A stretch of DNA of 64,000 nucleotides, taken from NCBI GenBank assembly GCA_035221665.1, contig CM069140.1, positions 2,976,001-3,040,000 of the forward strand, in the 5' to 3' direction. The notes beneath the pieces are model-generated. The model worked only from the letters and a program-made list of their open reading frames with translations, was not told the origin of the DNA and did no database searches. This DNA comes from Okamejei kenojei (lineage: Eukaryota). The translations under genes were made by a program, and so were the position numbers. Shown here in pieces: positions 13,009-25,768 of this stretch (its first letter is position 1; each line of letters opens with the position of its first letter).

Positions 13009-14035
13009 TCTGCAGATGCTGGTTTGTACCAAAGATCGACACAAAAATGCTGGAGGTCAGGTCAGGTCAGGTCAGGCAGCATCTCTGGAGAAAATGGGTA
13101 GGGGACGTTTCAGCTCGGGACCCTTCTTCAGTCTGAGGAGAGAGACGAGAGAGGGATTGCAAGGGTTACTTAAAGTTGGAGAAATCAATATTGTGGTGAA
13201 TCTGTGGAATTCTCTGCCACAGAAGGTAGTTGAGGCCATTTCATTGGCTATATTTAAGAGGGAGTTAGATGTGGCCCATGTGGCTAAAGGGATCAGGGGG
13301 TATGGAGAGAAGGCAGGTACAGGATACTGAGTTGGATGATCAGCCATGATCATATTGAATGGCGGTGCAGGCTCGAAGGGCCGAATGGCCTACTCCTGCA
13401 CCTATTTCCTATGTTTCTATGTTTCTATATTCATACCGCTGGGTTGTAAGCTGCCCAAGCAAAATATGAGGTGCTAGTTCTGCAATTTGCATGTGGCCTC
13501 AGTCTGACATTGGAGGAGGCACAGGACGTAAAGGTCAGTGTGGGAATGGGAAGAGGAATTAACATCTTTGACAACTGGTAGGTCTCGTAGGCCAAGGCGG
13601 ACTGAGCCTAGGTGTGTCAACAAAATGATCGCCCAGTCTGTGCTTAGTCTTGCCGATACATTGGAGGTTGGAGGAGATGCGTGACACTCTGCCTCACCTA
13701 AGTGGACTGTTGGGGTCCCTTGCAATCCCTCTCTCTCCCTCCCTCCATCACCCAAGACAACTTGCTAGTTTCATGGTTCGTATCCCTTCATTATCACTTC
13801 ATCCACAGCCAACAATGGACCATTGTGGGCTTTGCCTTTCCTGAGTCATCGATGATGGCTCTCATTTGTTTTGTACCTTCTCGTACCTCTAGTTTCCCTT
13901 TCCCGTGACTCAGTCTGAAGAAGGGTCTTGACCCGAAATGTCATCTATTCCTTTTCTCCAGAGATGCTATCTGACCCGCTGTGTTACTCCAGTATTTTGT
14001 GCCTATTTTGGTGTAAACTAGCATCTGCAATTCCT
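13009..14035 (-). mobile_element. Penelope-like element remnant (GIY-YIG C-terminus) with inverted pseudo-LTRs, interrupted by a CR1 3' end at ~13190-13427
   Basis: Minus strand gives CIGKTKHRLGDHF and DLPV...NSSSHSHTDLYVLCLLQCQTEATCKL...HLIFCLGSLQPSGMNI (PLE endonuclease C-terminus). Both ends carry the ctgaagaagggtc..gacccgaaacgtc repeat in opposite orientations. Confidence 0.75.
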
Positions 14036-14443
14036 ATCAATACTCTCCCTCACCTCTATCCACCTATCACTTGCCAGGTTTTGTCCTAACCCCCCCCCCC
14101 CACCACCCACCACCACAATCAATGAAGAAGGATCCCAACCTGAAACATCACGACCGTGTTCTCCAGAGATGCTGCCTGACCCATTGTTACTCCAGCACTT
14201 TATTTTTTAGCACAGCCTTTAGTGTTTTTAGTTTGAAGTAACAAAAGAAAGGTTATTGGTTTAGAAAATACCTTTATTTTTAAAATCCTGTCGGAAAAGT
14301 AACTCTTATTGCGAGTCTCAAACACTCTAGCCCCAAAGCCTCCTATCCCCCATTGGTATCATTGTCTTTACAAAGTGATTTTGTACAACATGAAGCTTCT
14401 TCAGAACATGATTATCACATTGGAGCAGATTATTTGTAAAGGG

Positions 14444-15793
14444 CAGCGCCGGCCTTAAGCCGATTGGACCAATTGCCCCCAATTGGGCCCCGCGCCAGAG
14501 TAATCCAAAGCTCTGCTCTAGGATCTTTGGAGTAATCGACTCTCGGCTCGGGTAGATCTACCCCGAGTGGAGGGGTGGGGGGGGGGGGGGGCGGGGGAGA
14601 GAGGGGTGGAGAGAGAGTAGAGGGGTGGAGGGGGATGAAAGGTGTAGATGGGGAAGGGCGTGTGAGGGGCAATGGAGAAGGGGGAGAGGGGGAGGTGGGT
14701 CTTCCCTCATGGTCCCGGGGCAGCGCTCCCGCCCCTCCAGTTGCCGTGGTTCACGCACACAGCCCCACCTCCACCCCCCTCTCTCCCCGGGGAGACGCGG
14801 TGAACAACAAAGATACTACAGACAATACCGGGCTGGGCCGGGCCAGGCGTTGGAGCAACGTTTACAAACCTCGGCCTCAGCTCACACCCGTCTGCCCGGA
14901 CCCCGGTATCCGCTCCTGCCGCCAGCCCTCTCCCTCCCTTCTCTCCGTNNNNNNNNNNNNNNNNNNNNNNNNNNNNNNNNNNNNNNNNNNNNNNNNNNNN
15001 NNNNNNNNNNNNNNNNNNNNNNNNNNNNNNNNNNNNNNNNNNNNNNNNNNNNNNNNNNNNNNNNNNNNNNNNNNNNNNNNNNNNNNNNNNNNNNNNNNNN
15101 NNNNNNNNNNNNNNNNNNNNNNNNNNNNNNNNNNNCCTCTCTCTTTTAGCTTCTCTCCTTCTCTCCCTTCCCTCCCTCCCTCTCTTCACTNNNNNNNNNN
15201 NNNNNNNNNNNNNNNNNNNNNNNNNNNNNNNNNNNNNNNNNNNNNNNNNNNNNNNNNNNNNNNNNNNNNNNNNNNNNNNNNNNNNNNNNNNNNNNNNNNN
15301 NNNNNNNNNNNNNNNNNNCCCACACACACACATAACGCACAGACAACTAGCACACACAAACACAACTAAGTTAGGATGGGGTAAAAGCCCAAAGGGCAGG
15401 ATGGGGCTGAAGCCCAACATTTAATGCCTGAACAGGTTTTTCTCCAATAGTTATTGGTTTTCCAGGATCTAGTTAATTAAACTTGTTTTTCATTTCACAG
15501 TCACTAAAACAAGTGGTATTATAACTATGTACTTTTTAGAGGTGATCTACACATTTTCTTTGTTACGTGTAGACTTATGCAATTGTATATTAAAATGTAG
15601 CTTAGATCTGTTTGGTCCATTAACGCAGGCATTTTTTAAACGCACATTTTGTTTACTTTCCATTCTATCATAGAGATATAAAGTCTATAATAGACTTTAT
15701 TTGTATTTCTATGATTCTACAGACCTTGGCTGGGAACCTGGGGCTCACCAAAATGTTCCCAATTGGGCCCCACACCCCCTAAGGCCGGCCCTG
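14444..15793. mobile_element. Non-autonomous hAT-type DNA transposon
   Basis: TIRs cagcgccggcctta / taaggccggccctg (13/14 match). Perfect 8-bp target-site duplication GTAAAGGG at 14436-14443 and 15794-15801. Confidence 0.85.
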
Positions 15794-15889
15794 GTAAAGG
15801 GTCCTGAACACTTTCCCATCAGCACTCCATAGCAAATGCAGCACAGATCAGTACAGAGGAGAGTTTCTGCCATATTATAACAAGATCTT

Positions 15890-16360
15890 TCCTGGTCCCA
15901 GCACACTGATGCAATAATAAAGAAGGCACATCAACGGCTCTACTTCCTGAGAAGATTACGGAGAGTCGGTATGTCAAGGAGGACTCTCTCAAACTTCTAC
16001 AGGTGCACAGTATTGAGCATGCTGACTGGTTGCATCGTGGCTTGGTTCGGCAACTTGAAAGTCCAGGAGCGGAAAAGAATGCAGAAAGTTGTGACCACTG
16101 CCCAGTCCATCATCGGCTCTGACCTCCCCACCATTGAAGAGATCTATCGCAGTCGCTGCCTCAAAAAGCTTGTCAACATCATCAAAGACCCACACCATCC
16201 TGGCCACACACTCATCTCTCCGTTGCCATCGGGAAGAAAGTACAGGAGCTTGAAATCTGGAACATCCGGGTTCAGGGACAGCTTCTTCCTCACAGCCATC
16301 AGGCTATTAAACACGACATCAAACAAGCTCTGAACAATAGCAGCCTATTGCACTTTATCT
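15890..16360 (+). mobile_element. Rex1/Babar-like LINE 3' fragment
   Basis: RT C-terminal sequence LYFLRRLRRVGMSRRTLSNFYRCTV...WFGN...PHHPGHTLISPLPSGRKYRSL. Related copies at ~46860-47160 (-), 48870-49170 (-) and 50465-50940 (+). Confidence 0.75.
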
Positions 16361-17604
16361 GTTTATATGATGCATTTATATGATAATATTCCAATTGTTT
16401 GATATTATTCATATGGAGGAGAAAATATAATTGCTCTAAAACCTACCTTAATTTTGCAATCTCACTANNNNNNNNNNNNNNNNNNNNNNNNNNNNNNNNN
16501 NNNNNNNNNNNNNNNNNNNNNNNNNNNNNNNNNNNNNNNNNNNNNNNNNNNNNNNNNNNNNNNNNNNNNNNNNNNNNNNNNNNNNNNNNNNNNNNNNNNA
16601 CCCCTTTCCCCCTCTCTCACATCCCCTCTCTCTCTCTCTCCCTCCCCCTCTCTCTCTCTCCTCCCCTCTCCCTCCCCTCTCTCTCCCCCCTCTCCCCTCT
16701 CTCCCCCCCCTCTGTCTCAACCCCCCCTTTCCCCTCTCACACCCCCCTCTCTCCCCCCCCTCTCTCTCTCTCTCTCCCTCCCTCTCTCCCCTCCCCTCTC
16801 TCTCTTTCTCTCCCTCTCACACCCCCTCTCTCTCTCCCCTCCCCTCTCCCCCCCTCTCTCTCTCTCTCTCTCCCTCCCCTCTCTCTTTCTCTCTCCCTCC
16901 CTCTCTCCCCTCCCTCTGTCTCAACCCCCCCACTTCCCCCCTCTCACATTCCCCCTCTCTTTCCCTCCCACGCAGCGAGGCTCCGACTCCGCACCACAGA
17001 CATCGCAGCCCCCCTCCCCTCCCCGCCGGTCCGGAGAAATGGGCACTCCCGCAACGCAATATTCCACTACTTACCTGGAGTAGACATGAGGCATCGACAG
17101 AGTCATTTTGCGTCTCTACTGCGTAATCGGCTTCCCCCAACTGCGCAGGCACGGGTGGTCGCAATTGTTTACCCCAAAACTTACAGCGGGCCGGAACCAG
17201 AATTTCGGGTAATTTCCTTCAAAGTGGAAATGCTGATAGACCTCCAGTTTTTTTTTCCCAGGATTTTTTTTACTCTGGGAATAAAAACACCTTGGCCGGA
17301 GGCCCCATAGATTTTGAGGCCCTAGGCTTCAGCCTATGAATCCTATAGGCAAATCTGGCCCTGCCGAGGCCCCCTAAATCTCGAGGCCCTAGGCTTAAGC
17401 TTGTGAAGCTTATATGTAAATCCGGCCTTGGAGAAAACCCATGTGGTAGTAAGGCAGCAACTCTACTGCTGCGCCACCGTGCCACCCCATTAGATTATTT
17501 TTTATGTAATATATTTATTATGGTGTCACGTCAATAAAGATAAACACATGATTCTGATTTCTGCCCTTAGTTGGATAACACACATCTCCAGTCATTGTGT
17601 TTCA

Positions 17605-17998
17605 TGGCTGCAGTCCCAGGTCGGCTCGTGTCCCCGGGACTGGCTGCAGTCCCAGGTCGGCTCGTGTATCCGGGACTGGCTGCAGTTCCCAGGTCGGCTC
17701 GTGTCCCCGGGACTGGCTGCAGTTCCCAGGTCGGCTCGTGTATCCGGGACTGGCTGCAGTTCCCCAGGTCGGCTCGTGTATCCGGGACTGGCTGCAGTCC
17801 CCAGGTCGGCTCGTGTATCCGGGACTGGCTGCAGTCCCCAGGTCGGCTCGTGTATCCGGGACTGGCTGCAGTTCCCAGGTCGGCTCGTGTATCCGGGACT
17901 GGCTGCAGTTCCCAGGTCGGCTCGTGTATCCGGGACTGGCTGCAGTCCCCAGGTCGGCTCGTGTCCCCGGGACTGGCTGCAGTTCCCAGGTCGGCTCG
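17605..17998. repeat. Minisatellite, ~10.7 copies of a 36-38 bp unit
   Basis: Unit tggctgcagt(t)cccaggtcggctcgtgt(at/cc)ccgggac in head-to-tail tandem, with no spacers. Confidence 0.95.
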
Positions 17999-18154
17999 CC
18001 TGCCCCGACCCCGTGAAAATGAATTGAAAAAATATACGTGGTTTTTCAGGTTACGGGCTGGATTCAACCCATGTGCCGTAGGTTGCCGAACTAGATGTTT
18101 GGCCTCATTGTGGTCCCCCCCCCCCCCAGGTTTTACAACCGATTCATCTGGTTA

Positions 18155-19747
18155 GTTCCATCTCCGGCTGCTTCATGTTGTCGGCAACTGCACATCCGAC
18201 CAAGAGAGAAGAGAAGAGAAGAAAAGAGACGCAACGTCACTCACAGCCATCAACCGACACGCTTCCCCAAACCGTACAGATCGCCCTGATGTGGCGCAAA
18301 GAGACAAACTGTGCAGGGACTGAAGACAGGACTGAAGACAGAATTCTGTAATTAGCGTGAGAGCGTGAGAATTGGCTGAAATGCGTGACTCTCATGCTCA
18401 AAGTGTTAGAGTTGGCAGCCCTGTCTATGGCCAGGATGTGACAACACACACACACAGGGAGACACNNNNNNNNNNNNNNNNNNNNNNNNNNNNNNNNNNN
18501 NNNNNNNNNNNNNNNNNNNNNNNNNNNNNNNNNNNNNNNNNNNNNNNNNNNNNNNNNNNNNNNNNNNNNNNNNNNNNNNNNNNNNNNNNNNNNNCACACA
18601 CACAGGGGGGGCCACACACACACACACACAGGGAGCCACACACACACAGGGAGCCACANNNNNNNNNNNNNNNNNNNNNNNNNNNNNNNNNNNNNNNNNN
18701 NNNNNNNNNNNNNNNNNNNNNNNNNNNNNNNNNNNNNNNNNNNNNNNNNNNNNNNNNNNNNNNNNNNNNNNNNNNNNNNNNNNNNNNNNNNNNNNNNNNN
18801 NNNNNNNNNNNNNNNNNNNNNNNNNNNNNNNNNNNNNNNNNNNNNNNNNNNNNNNNNNNNNNNNNNNNNNNNNNNNNNNNNNNNNNNNNNNNNNNNNNNN
18901 NNNNNNNNNNNNNNNNNNNNNNNNNNNNNNNNNNNNNNNNNNNNNNNNNNNNNNNNNNNNNNNNNNNNNNNNNNNNNNNNNNNNNNNNNNNNNNNNNNNN
19001 NNNNNNNNNNNNNNNNNNNNNNNNNNNNNNNNNNNNNNNNCACACACACACACACGCACAAGGAGACACACACAGGGAGGCACACACACACACAAGGAGA
19101 CACACACACACAGGGAGACAAGACACATACACACACATACACACACAACTTTCCTTCCCCCCTCCCTCCTCCCTCTCCCTCCCTCTTTCCTCCCCCTCCC
19201 TCTCTTTCCTCACCCTCCCTCTTTCTCCCCTTTCTCCTTCCCCATCTCCTTTCTACATTCCCTCCCCCGTCTCTCTTTGCCTCCATCCCTCCCTTTTTTT
19301 CTTTCCCTCTCTCTCTCTCTTTCTCTCCTCCCATTCTCTCCCCGGACGCCCACGGCGGGCGCGGTGCTGCGAGGATTGGCGGCGCTGGCGCTGCCGTGTG
19401 AGCTGAAGGGCAGGAGGGAGGACGGGAGCGAGGCTGCAGCGGTGGCCGGCAGCGCAGCGCTCGCAGCCGGCGCACAGAGGCACTGACACCCGCTGCCCGG
19501 GAGCTTCCCCGTTCTATCTCCGGCTGCTTCATGTTGTCGGCGGCTGCACATCCGACCAAGAGAGAAGAAACGTGACGTCACTCACAGCCATCAACCAACG
19601 AACTTCCCCAGACCTACAGCTCCGCTTTAGGATCTTTGCTGTGCAGGGACTGAAGGCAGCGTGAGAATTCTGTCATCAGCGTGAGGGCGTGAGAATTGGC
19701 TGAAATGCGTGACTCTCACGCTCAAAGCGTGAGAGTTGGCAGCCCTG
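18155..19747. repeat. Two direct copies (~240-270 bp) of a DNA-transposon-like end terminating in GAGTTGGCAGCCCTG
   Basis: 18155-18423 and 19511-19747 align closely. They are separated by CA/CT low-complexity sequence and N-runs. Confidence 0.7.
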
Positions 19748-19749
19748 CA

Positions 19750-20695
19750 TTTTTGCATATTACACTGCATCTGCCATGCATCTGCCCACTCACCCAACCT
19801 GTCCAAGTCACCCTGCATTCTCATAGCATCCTCCTCACAGTTCACACTGCCACCCAGCTTTGTGTCATCTGCAAATTTGCTAATGTTACTTTGAATCCCA
19901 TCATCTAAATCATTGATGTATATTGTAAATAGTTGAAGTGGATAACCTCACAATTATCCACATTATACAGCATCTGCCATGCTTCTGCCCACTCACCCAA
20001 CCTATTCAAGTCACCCTGCTGCCTCATAGCATCCTCCTCGTAGCTCACGCTGCCTCCCAGCTTTGTGCCATCCACAAATTTGGAGATGTTACATTTCAAT
20101 CTCTCGTCTAAATTGTTAATATATATTGTAAATAACTGCGGTCCCAGCACCGAGCCTTGCGGTACCCCACTAGTCACTACCTGCCATTCTGAAAGGGACC
20201 CGTTAATTCTTACTCTTTGTTTCCTGTCTGCCAACCAATTTTATATGGATGTCAGCAGTCTACACCCAATACTGTGTGCCCTAATTTTGCCCACTAATCT
20301 CCTGTGTGGGATCTTATCAAATGCTTTATGATTGACTCCAGCATCTTCCCCACCACTGGTCAGGATAACTGGTCTATAATTCCCAGTTTTCTCTCTCCCT
20401 CCTTTCTTAAAAAGTGGAATAACATTAACTACCCTCCAATCCACAGGAACTGATCCTAAATCTATAGAACATTGGAAAATGAACACCAATGCGTCCACGA
20501 TTTCCAGAGCCACTTCCTTAAGTGCCCTGGGATGCAGACCATCAGACCCTGGGGATTTATCAGCCTTCAGTCCCATCAGTCTACCCAACACCATTTACTG
20601 CCTGATGTGGATTTCCTTCTGTTCCCCGTCACCCCAAATCCTCTGGCCACTAGTACATCAGGAAGATTGTTTGTGTCCTCCTTAGTGAAGACGGA
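19750..20695 (-). mobile_element. CR1 LINE ORF2 fragments (RT)
   Basis: KSPGSDGLHP, NYRPV, SGVPQGSVLGP, ISKFVDGTKL. Confidence 0.85.
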
Positions 20696-21009
20696 TGTGT
20701 GTCCTTGGAGGTGGTGCAGCGGGTGCATCCCCTCCAGGGACAGTGGCAGTGGGAGAGAAGTGGTTGGAATATCAGGTCTGGTTCTATGCTCCCTGAGCTG
20801 TGGAGAATTGAAGGTGTAATTGGGGAGATTAAAATAATCACTGGATGCACTGGAGCAGACGAAGAATCTGCTTCCTCTGCTGTGGATCCAAACAAGGACA
20901 AAATCATAAACATAGCATCCAGGATATTGAGGGCACTGGAAACCCAGAACTGCCCATGGAAGCTGTCAAGTTTAGGGTTCAGTTGAAAGATTCCACATGG
21001 ACAGAATGT

Positions 21010-23045
21010 TAGAAACATAGAAAATAGGTGCAGGAGTAGGCCATTCAGCCTATCGTGCCAGCACTGACATTCAATATGATCATGGCTGATCATCCAAAAT
21101 CAGTAACCTGTTCCTGTTTTTCCCCATATCCCTTGATTCCGTTAGCCCAAAGAACTATATCTAACTCTCTTGAAAACACCCAGCGATTTGACCTCCATTG
21201 CCCTCTGTGGCAGAGAATTCCACAGATTCACAACTTTATGGGTGAAAATGTTTTTCCTCATCTCAGTCCTAAACGGCCTACCCCTTATTCTGAAACTCTG
21301 GTTCTGGATTCCCCCAACATCCGGAGCATTTTTCCTGCATCTAGCCTGTCTAATCCCTGAAGAATTTTATATGTTTCTATAAGATCCCCTCTCATCTTTC
21401 TAAATTCCAGTGAATACAAGCCCAGTCGACCCATTCTTTCATCATATGTCAGTCGCGCCATCCTGGGAATTAACCTGGTGAACCTACTCTGCACTCCCTC
21501 AATAGCAATGATGTCCTCCCACAAATTAGAAGACCAAATCTGCACACAATAATACTCCAGGTGCAGTCTCACCAGGGCCCTGTACAGCTGCAGTTGGACC
21601 TCCTTGCTCATTTACTCAAATCCTCTCGGTATGAAGGCCTAAATGCCATTAGCTTTCTTCACAGCCTGCTGTTCCTGCATGGTTACTGTCAGTGATTGAT
21701 GTACAGGGAAACCCAGGTCTCGCTGCACTTCCTCTTTTCCTCATCTGACACCATTCGAATAATAATCTGCCTTCCTGTTCTTGCCACCAAAGTAGATAAC
21801 GTCACATTAATCCACATTATACTGCATCTGCAATGCAACTGCCCACTCACCCAACCTATCCAAGTCACCCTGCAGCCTCATAGCATCCTCCTCGCAGCTC
21901 ACACTGCCACCCAGCTTTTTGTCATCTGTAAATGTGGAGATGTTACATTTGATTCCCTTGTCTAAATTGTTAATATATATTGTAAATAACTGGGGTCCCA
22001 GCACCAAGCCTTGCGACACCCCACTCGTCATTGCCTGCCATTCTGAAAAGGATATGTTAATTCCTACTTTTTGCTTCCTGTCCACCAGTTTTCTATCCAT
22101 GTCAGTACCCCACCCCCAATACTGTTTGCACACGAATTTTGCACATGAATCTCCTGTGTGGGACCTTGTCAAAGCTTTTTGAACGTCCAAATACACCACA
22201 GTCACTGGCTCTCCCTTATCCATTCTACTTGTTACATCCTCAAAAATTTCCAGAAGTTTAGTCAAGCATGATTTCCCCTTCATAAATCCATGCTGACTGA
22301 CCGATCCTGTCACTACTTTCCAAATGCGCTGCTATTACATATTTAATATTCGACTCAAGCATCTTCCTCACTACCAATGGAAGGATAACTGGTCTATAAT
22401 TCCCTATTTTCTCTCTCCCTCCTTTCTTAAAAAGTGGGGTTACATTAGCCACCCTCCACAGGAACTGATCCGGAGCCTATAGAACATTGGAAAATGATCA
22501 CGAATGCATCCACGATTTCTATGGCTACCTCCTTGAGTACTCTGGGTTGCAGACCATCAGGCCCTGGGAATTTATTGGCCTTCAGTCCCAACAGTTTACC
22601 CAACACCATTTCATGTCAATTTTCTTCAGTTCCTCCATCACGCCAGATCCTCAGTCCCCTAGTATTTCTGGGATATTGTTTGCGTCTTCCTTAGTGAAGA
22701 CAGAACCAAAGTACTCGTTTAACTGGTCGACCATTTCCTTGTTTCCCATTATAAATTAATCTGTTTCTGACTGTGAAGGACCTACATTTGTCTTCACTAA
22801 TCTTTTCCTCTTCACATACAGTACAGTATCAAAAAATGTTTTTACGGTCAATTTTTATATTCCCTGCAAGCTTTCTTTCATACTATTTTTCCCCTCTTAA
22901 TTAACCCCTTTGTCCTCCTCTGTTGAATTCTAAATTTCCCCCAGTCCTCTGGTTTGCTGCTTCCTCTAGCCAATTTATACGCCTCTTCCTTGGATTTAAC
23001 ACTATCCCTAATTTTCCTTGTTAGCCACGGTTGAGCCACCTTCTT
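21010..23045 (-). mobile_element. CR1 LINE, 5'-truncated and degenerate
   Basis: QHGFMKGKSCLT, SGVSQGLVLGP, RLGLYSLEFRKMRGDLIE; 3' tail near 21010. Confidence 0.88.
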
Positions 23046-25768
23046 TGGTGATTAAAGGACATAGAACCAAGGTGGATAAATGGAGTTCAAACACAGATCA
23101 GCAGAGAGTGGGGATGGGCTGGAGGGCTGAAGAACCTTTTTACTGATCCTCTATGCATGGGACAAATTTGAACACAATCTCTGCGTGCAGCTGTTGATTT
23201 ACCAGAAACACGTTTCATATTTTGACTGTTGACGGGAGTGTGAAACTGGACAGTGATGTGGGCACTATTTCCTTCACCTCAGATTTCCTGTAGATGATGG
23301 CAGCTTATCTTAATCTGAACAGGGGGCCTCCCACAGGGAACAGACTTGCTAAAAAGAACAAGCAGGCTGCTTGACATATGGAAATATGTTCCTGACTTAA
23401 GGACTAACACCTATAAACAATTCTTACGTTACTAAAAAGATAACCGACCAATAGGACTGACTCTGAAGACAGAGGACAATGAAGAGATGTGCTTCATGCA
23501 AGCGTGGAGAATATCGGTCATTTTTTAGAAAAACAAAAGCATTTGGTCGGATTAAACCTCATTTTCCATTTCTTTGCCCATTTCTGAGCTGATCTATACC
23601 GTCTATACTTTAGAGTGCATCTGCCCACTCACCCAACCTATCCAAGTCACCCTGCAGCCTCATAGCATTGTCCTCGCAGATCTATACTTTAACATCCTTG
23701 CTCACTGTCCGCAGATCCCTGCAGAACTCAGCTGGTCACAGACTTCCAGTCTGAATAATGCCCTTCACCACAACCCTCTGTCTTCTATCAGTAAACCTGT
23801 ATTGATCCAGACGACAAAATCACTATGAATGCCGTGCATTTTGACCTTTTTGGACAACTAACCATGGAGAAATTTCTCAAATGCCTTACTAAGGTCCATA
23901 TAGACAACATCCACTGCCCTACCTTCATCGATCACCTTTGTCACCTCCTCAAAAAAATCATTTGTTAGTAAGACATGATCTGTGGCGTACAAAGCCATGC
24001 TGATGGTTCCTAACTAGCCCATTGTCTTCCAAATGGTAGTAAATCCTATCCCAAAGAATCCTCTCCAGTTGCCTCCCTACCACTGATGTGAGGCAAAGCA
24101 TACTTTGGAATACAAGTGGAACCAAAACATTCATACCCCGGGAGAAAGGAAATACTGAATGTCTAATCTATCTCTAAATGTTTTTTAATCATTGCTGTTG
24201 TATCTGCTTCCACAACTTCCCCTGGTAATGCATTCCAGACATCAATGTTTTGAACAATCTTCATAGGTCTTATCTAGTCATACACCTGAGGACATCGAGC
24301 ACCTCCATGTCCATAATACGCACTGTCCTCAAGACATCCCGATGTCCTCTGTCTGACTATCCCAAGTTCCTGTAAAAGGACAAATGGCAATGGTAAAAGT
24401 GAGGTTGAAAGGGTAACAGGACATCTGCTTAGCTGCCATGGGAGTTGGAGTGAGCTGTGTTTGTTGCTCTATGTCTGTTGGAGGTGCACGATTTAGAACT
24501 GTTGTGAGACCATTCTGAAGAATGAACAGATGCTCCAAAGAACGTCTCTCCCTGGGATTTCCTGCCATTGACCCGTCCAGCAGCACTTGGCTGCCCCCTT
24601 GACTGGGCAACCTCCCGTTTCTCAGTACAACTGCTTCTGTGTACACTTCCTGTTCTTGAAAACTTGCATCAAAAGACCCATGGCTGACACAGGTCAACGG
24701 GTTTTCTAACAGTAGCCAGGGGACACCTGTCCAGTAATGAAACTGTTTTAATCTCTGGGAGAGAAAATTCCTCACCAATATATAATCCTCCTTCCACCCA
24801 AGTAATTCTGGTTCACATTGTTTCTTCCAAGGTTAGTGGAGGCAGACGATTCTGCCAATTAGTTTTATCAATTCAGTCCCTTTCCCTCACTGCATGAATT
24901 CTCCCTGTCAATCTCTCTCAGGGGGCTAACTTTACACTGCTCACAGTTTCTCTGCAGCTTTCAGCCTCTCTCTCTCTCTCTTTCTATCTCTCTCTCTCTC
25001 TCTCTCAGAGGGTTATCTGTATTCTGACCGGTGAACCTTACTCTGAGCTTGATATCTGTGTTGTGAATCTGTGGAATTATCTGCCACAGACTGGATGTTT
25101 TCATGAGAGAGTTAGATTTAGCGCTTAGTGCTAAATGAATCAAGGAATATGGGGAAAAAGCAGGAACGGGGTACTGATTTTAGATGATCAGCCATGATCA
25201 GAAGGACCAAATGGCCTACTCCTGCACCTATTTTTCTATGTTTCTGTTCTACACTGACCGATGTCTCCCAATCCCTCTCTCTCATGGGGATATCTGTACA
25301 CTGACCAGTGTCTCTCAGTGCCTCTCTTGGCATATTTGTACACTGACAACTAGCGCTCTCTCTCTCTCTCTCCCTCTCCCTGTCTGTCTCTCCCTGTCTA
25401 TCTCTCCCTCTGTCTGTCCCTCTCTCCCTCTCTCCCTCTCCCCCTCTCCCCCTCTCCTTTCTGTAAACGGATCGGTCTTCCTCATTCCCTCTCTCTTGGG
25501 ACATCTACACTGACCAGTGTCGCACTGTCAGGGGTATATCTGTTCACTCTTTCATGGGATATCTACGGTCTGATACCATTATACCAGCCAAGCTCATCAC
25601 CAAACTCGAGGGACTTGGAGTAAGTACTCACCTCTGGCAACTGCATCATTGACTTCAATTCAGTTCAGTTTAGTTGATTCTCATGTGCACATGTGTACTG
25701 TGAAAAGCTTTTGTTGTGTGTTAATCTGTCAGCAGAAGGACAATGCATGATTACAATTAAGCCATTTA

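Noticed and set aside
17605-17998. 36-38 bp repeats resembling a CRISPR array, with overlapping repetitive ORFs
   Set aside because: Units are directly adjacent with no unique spacers, there are no cas genes, and the context is vertebrate. The ORFs are just translations of the minisatellite.
14575-19559. Long ORFs containing X runs
   Set aside because: They span N-runs and simple repeats, so they are artefacts.
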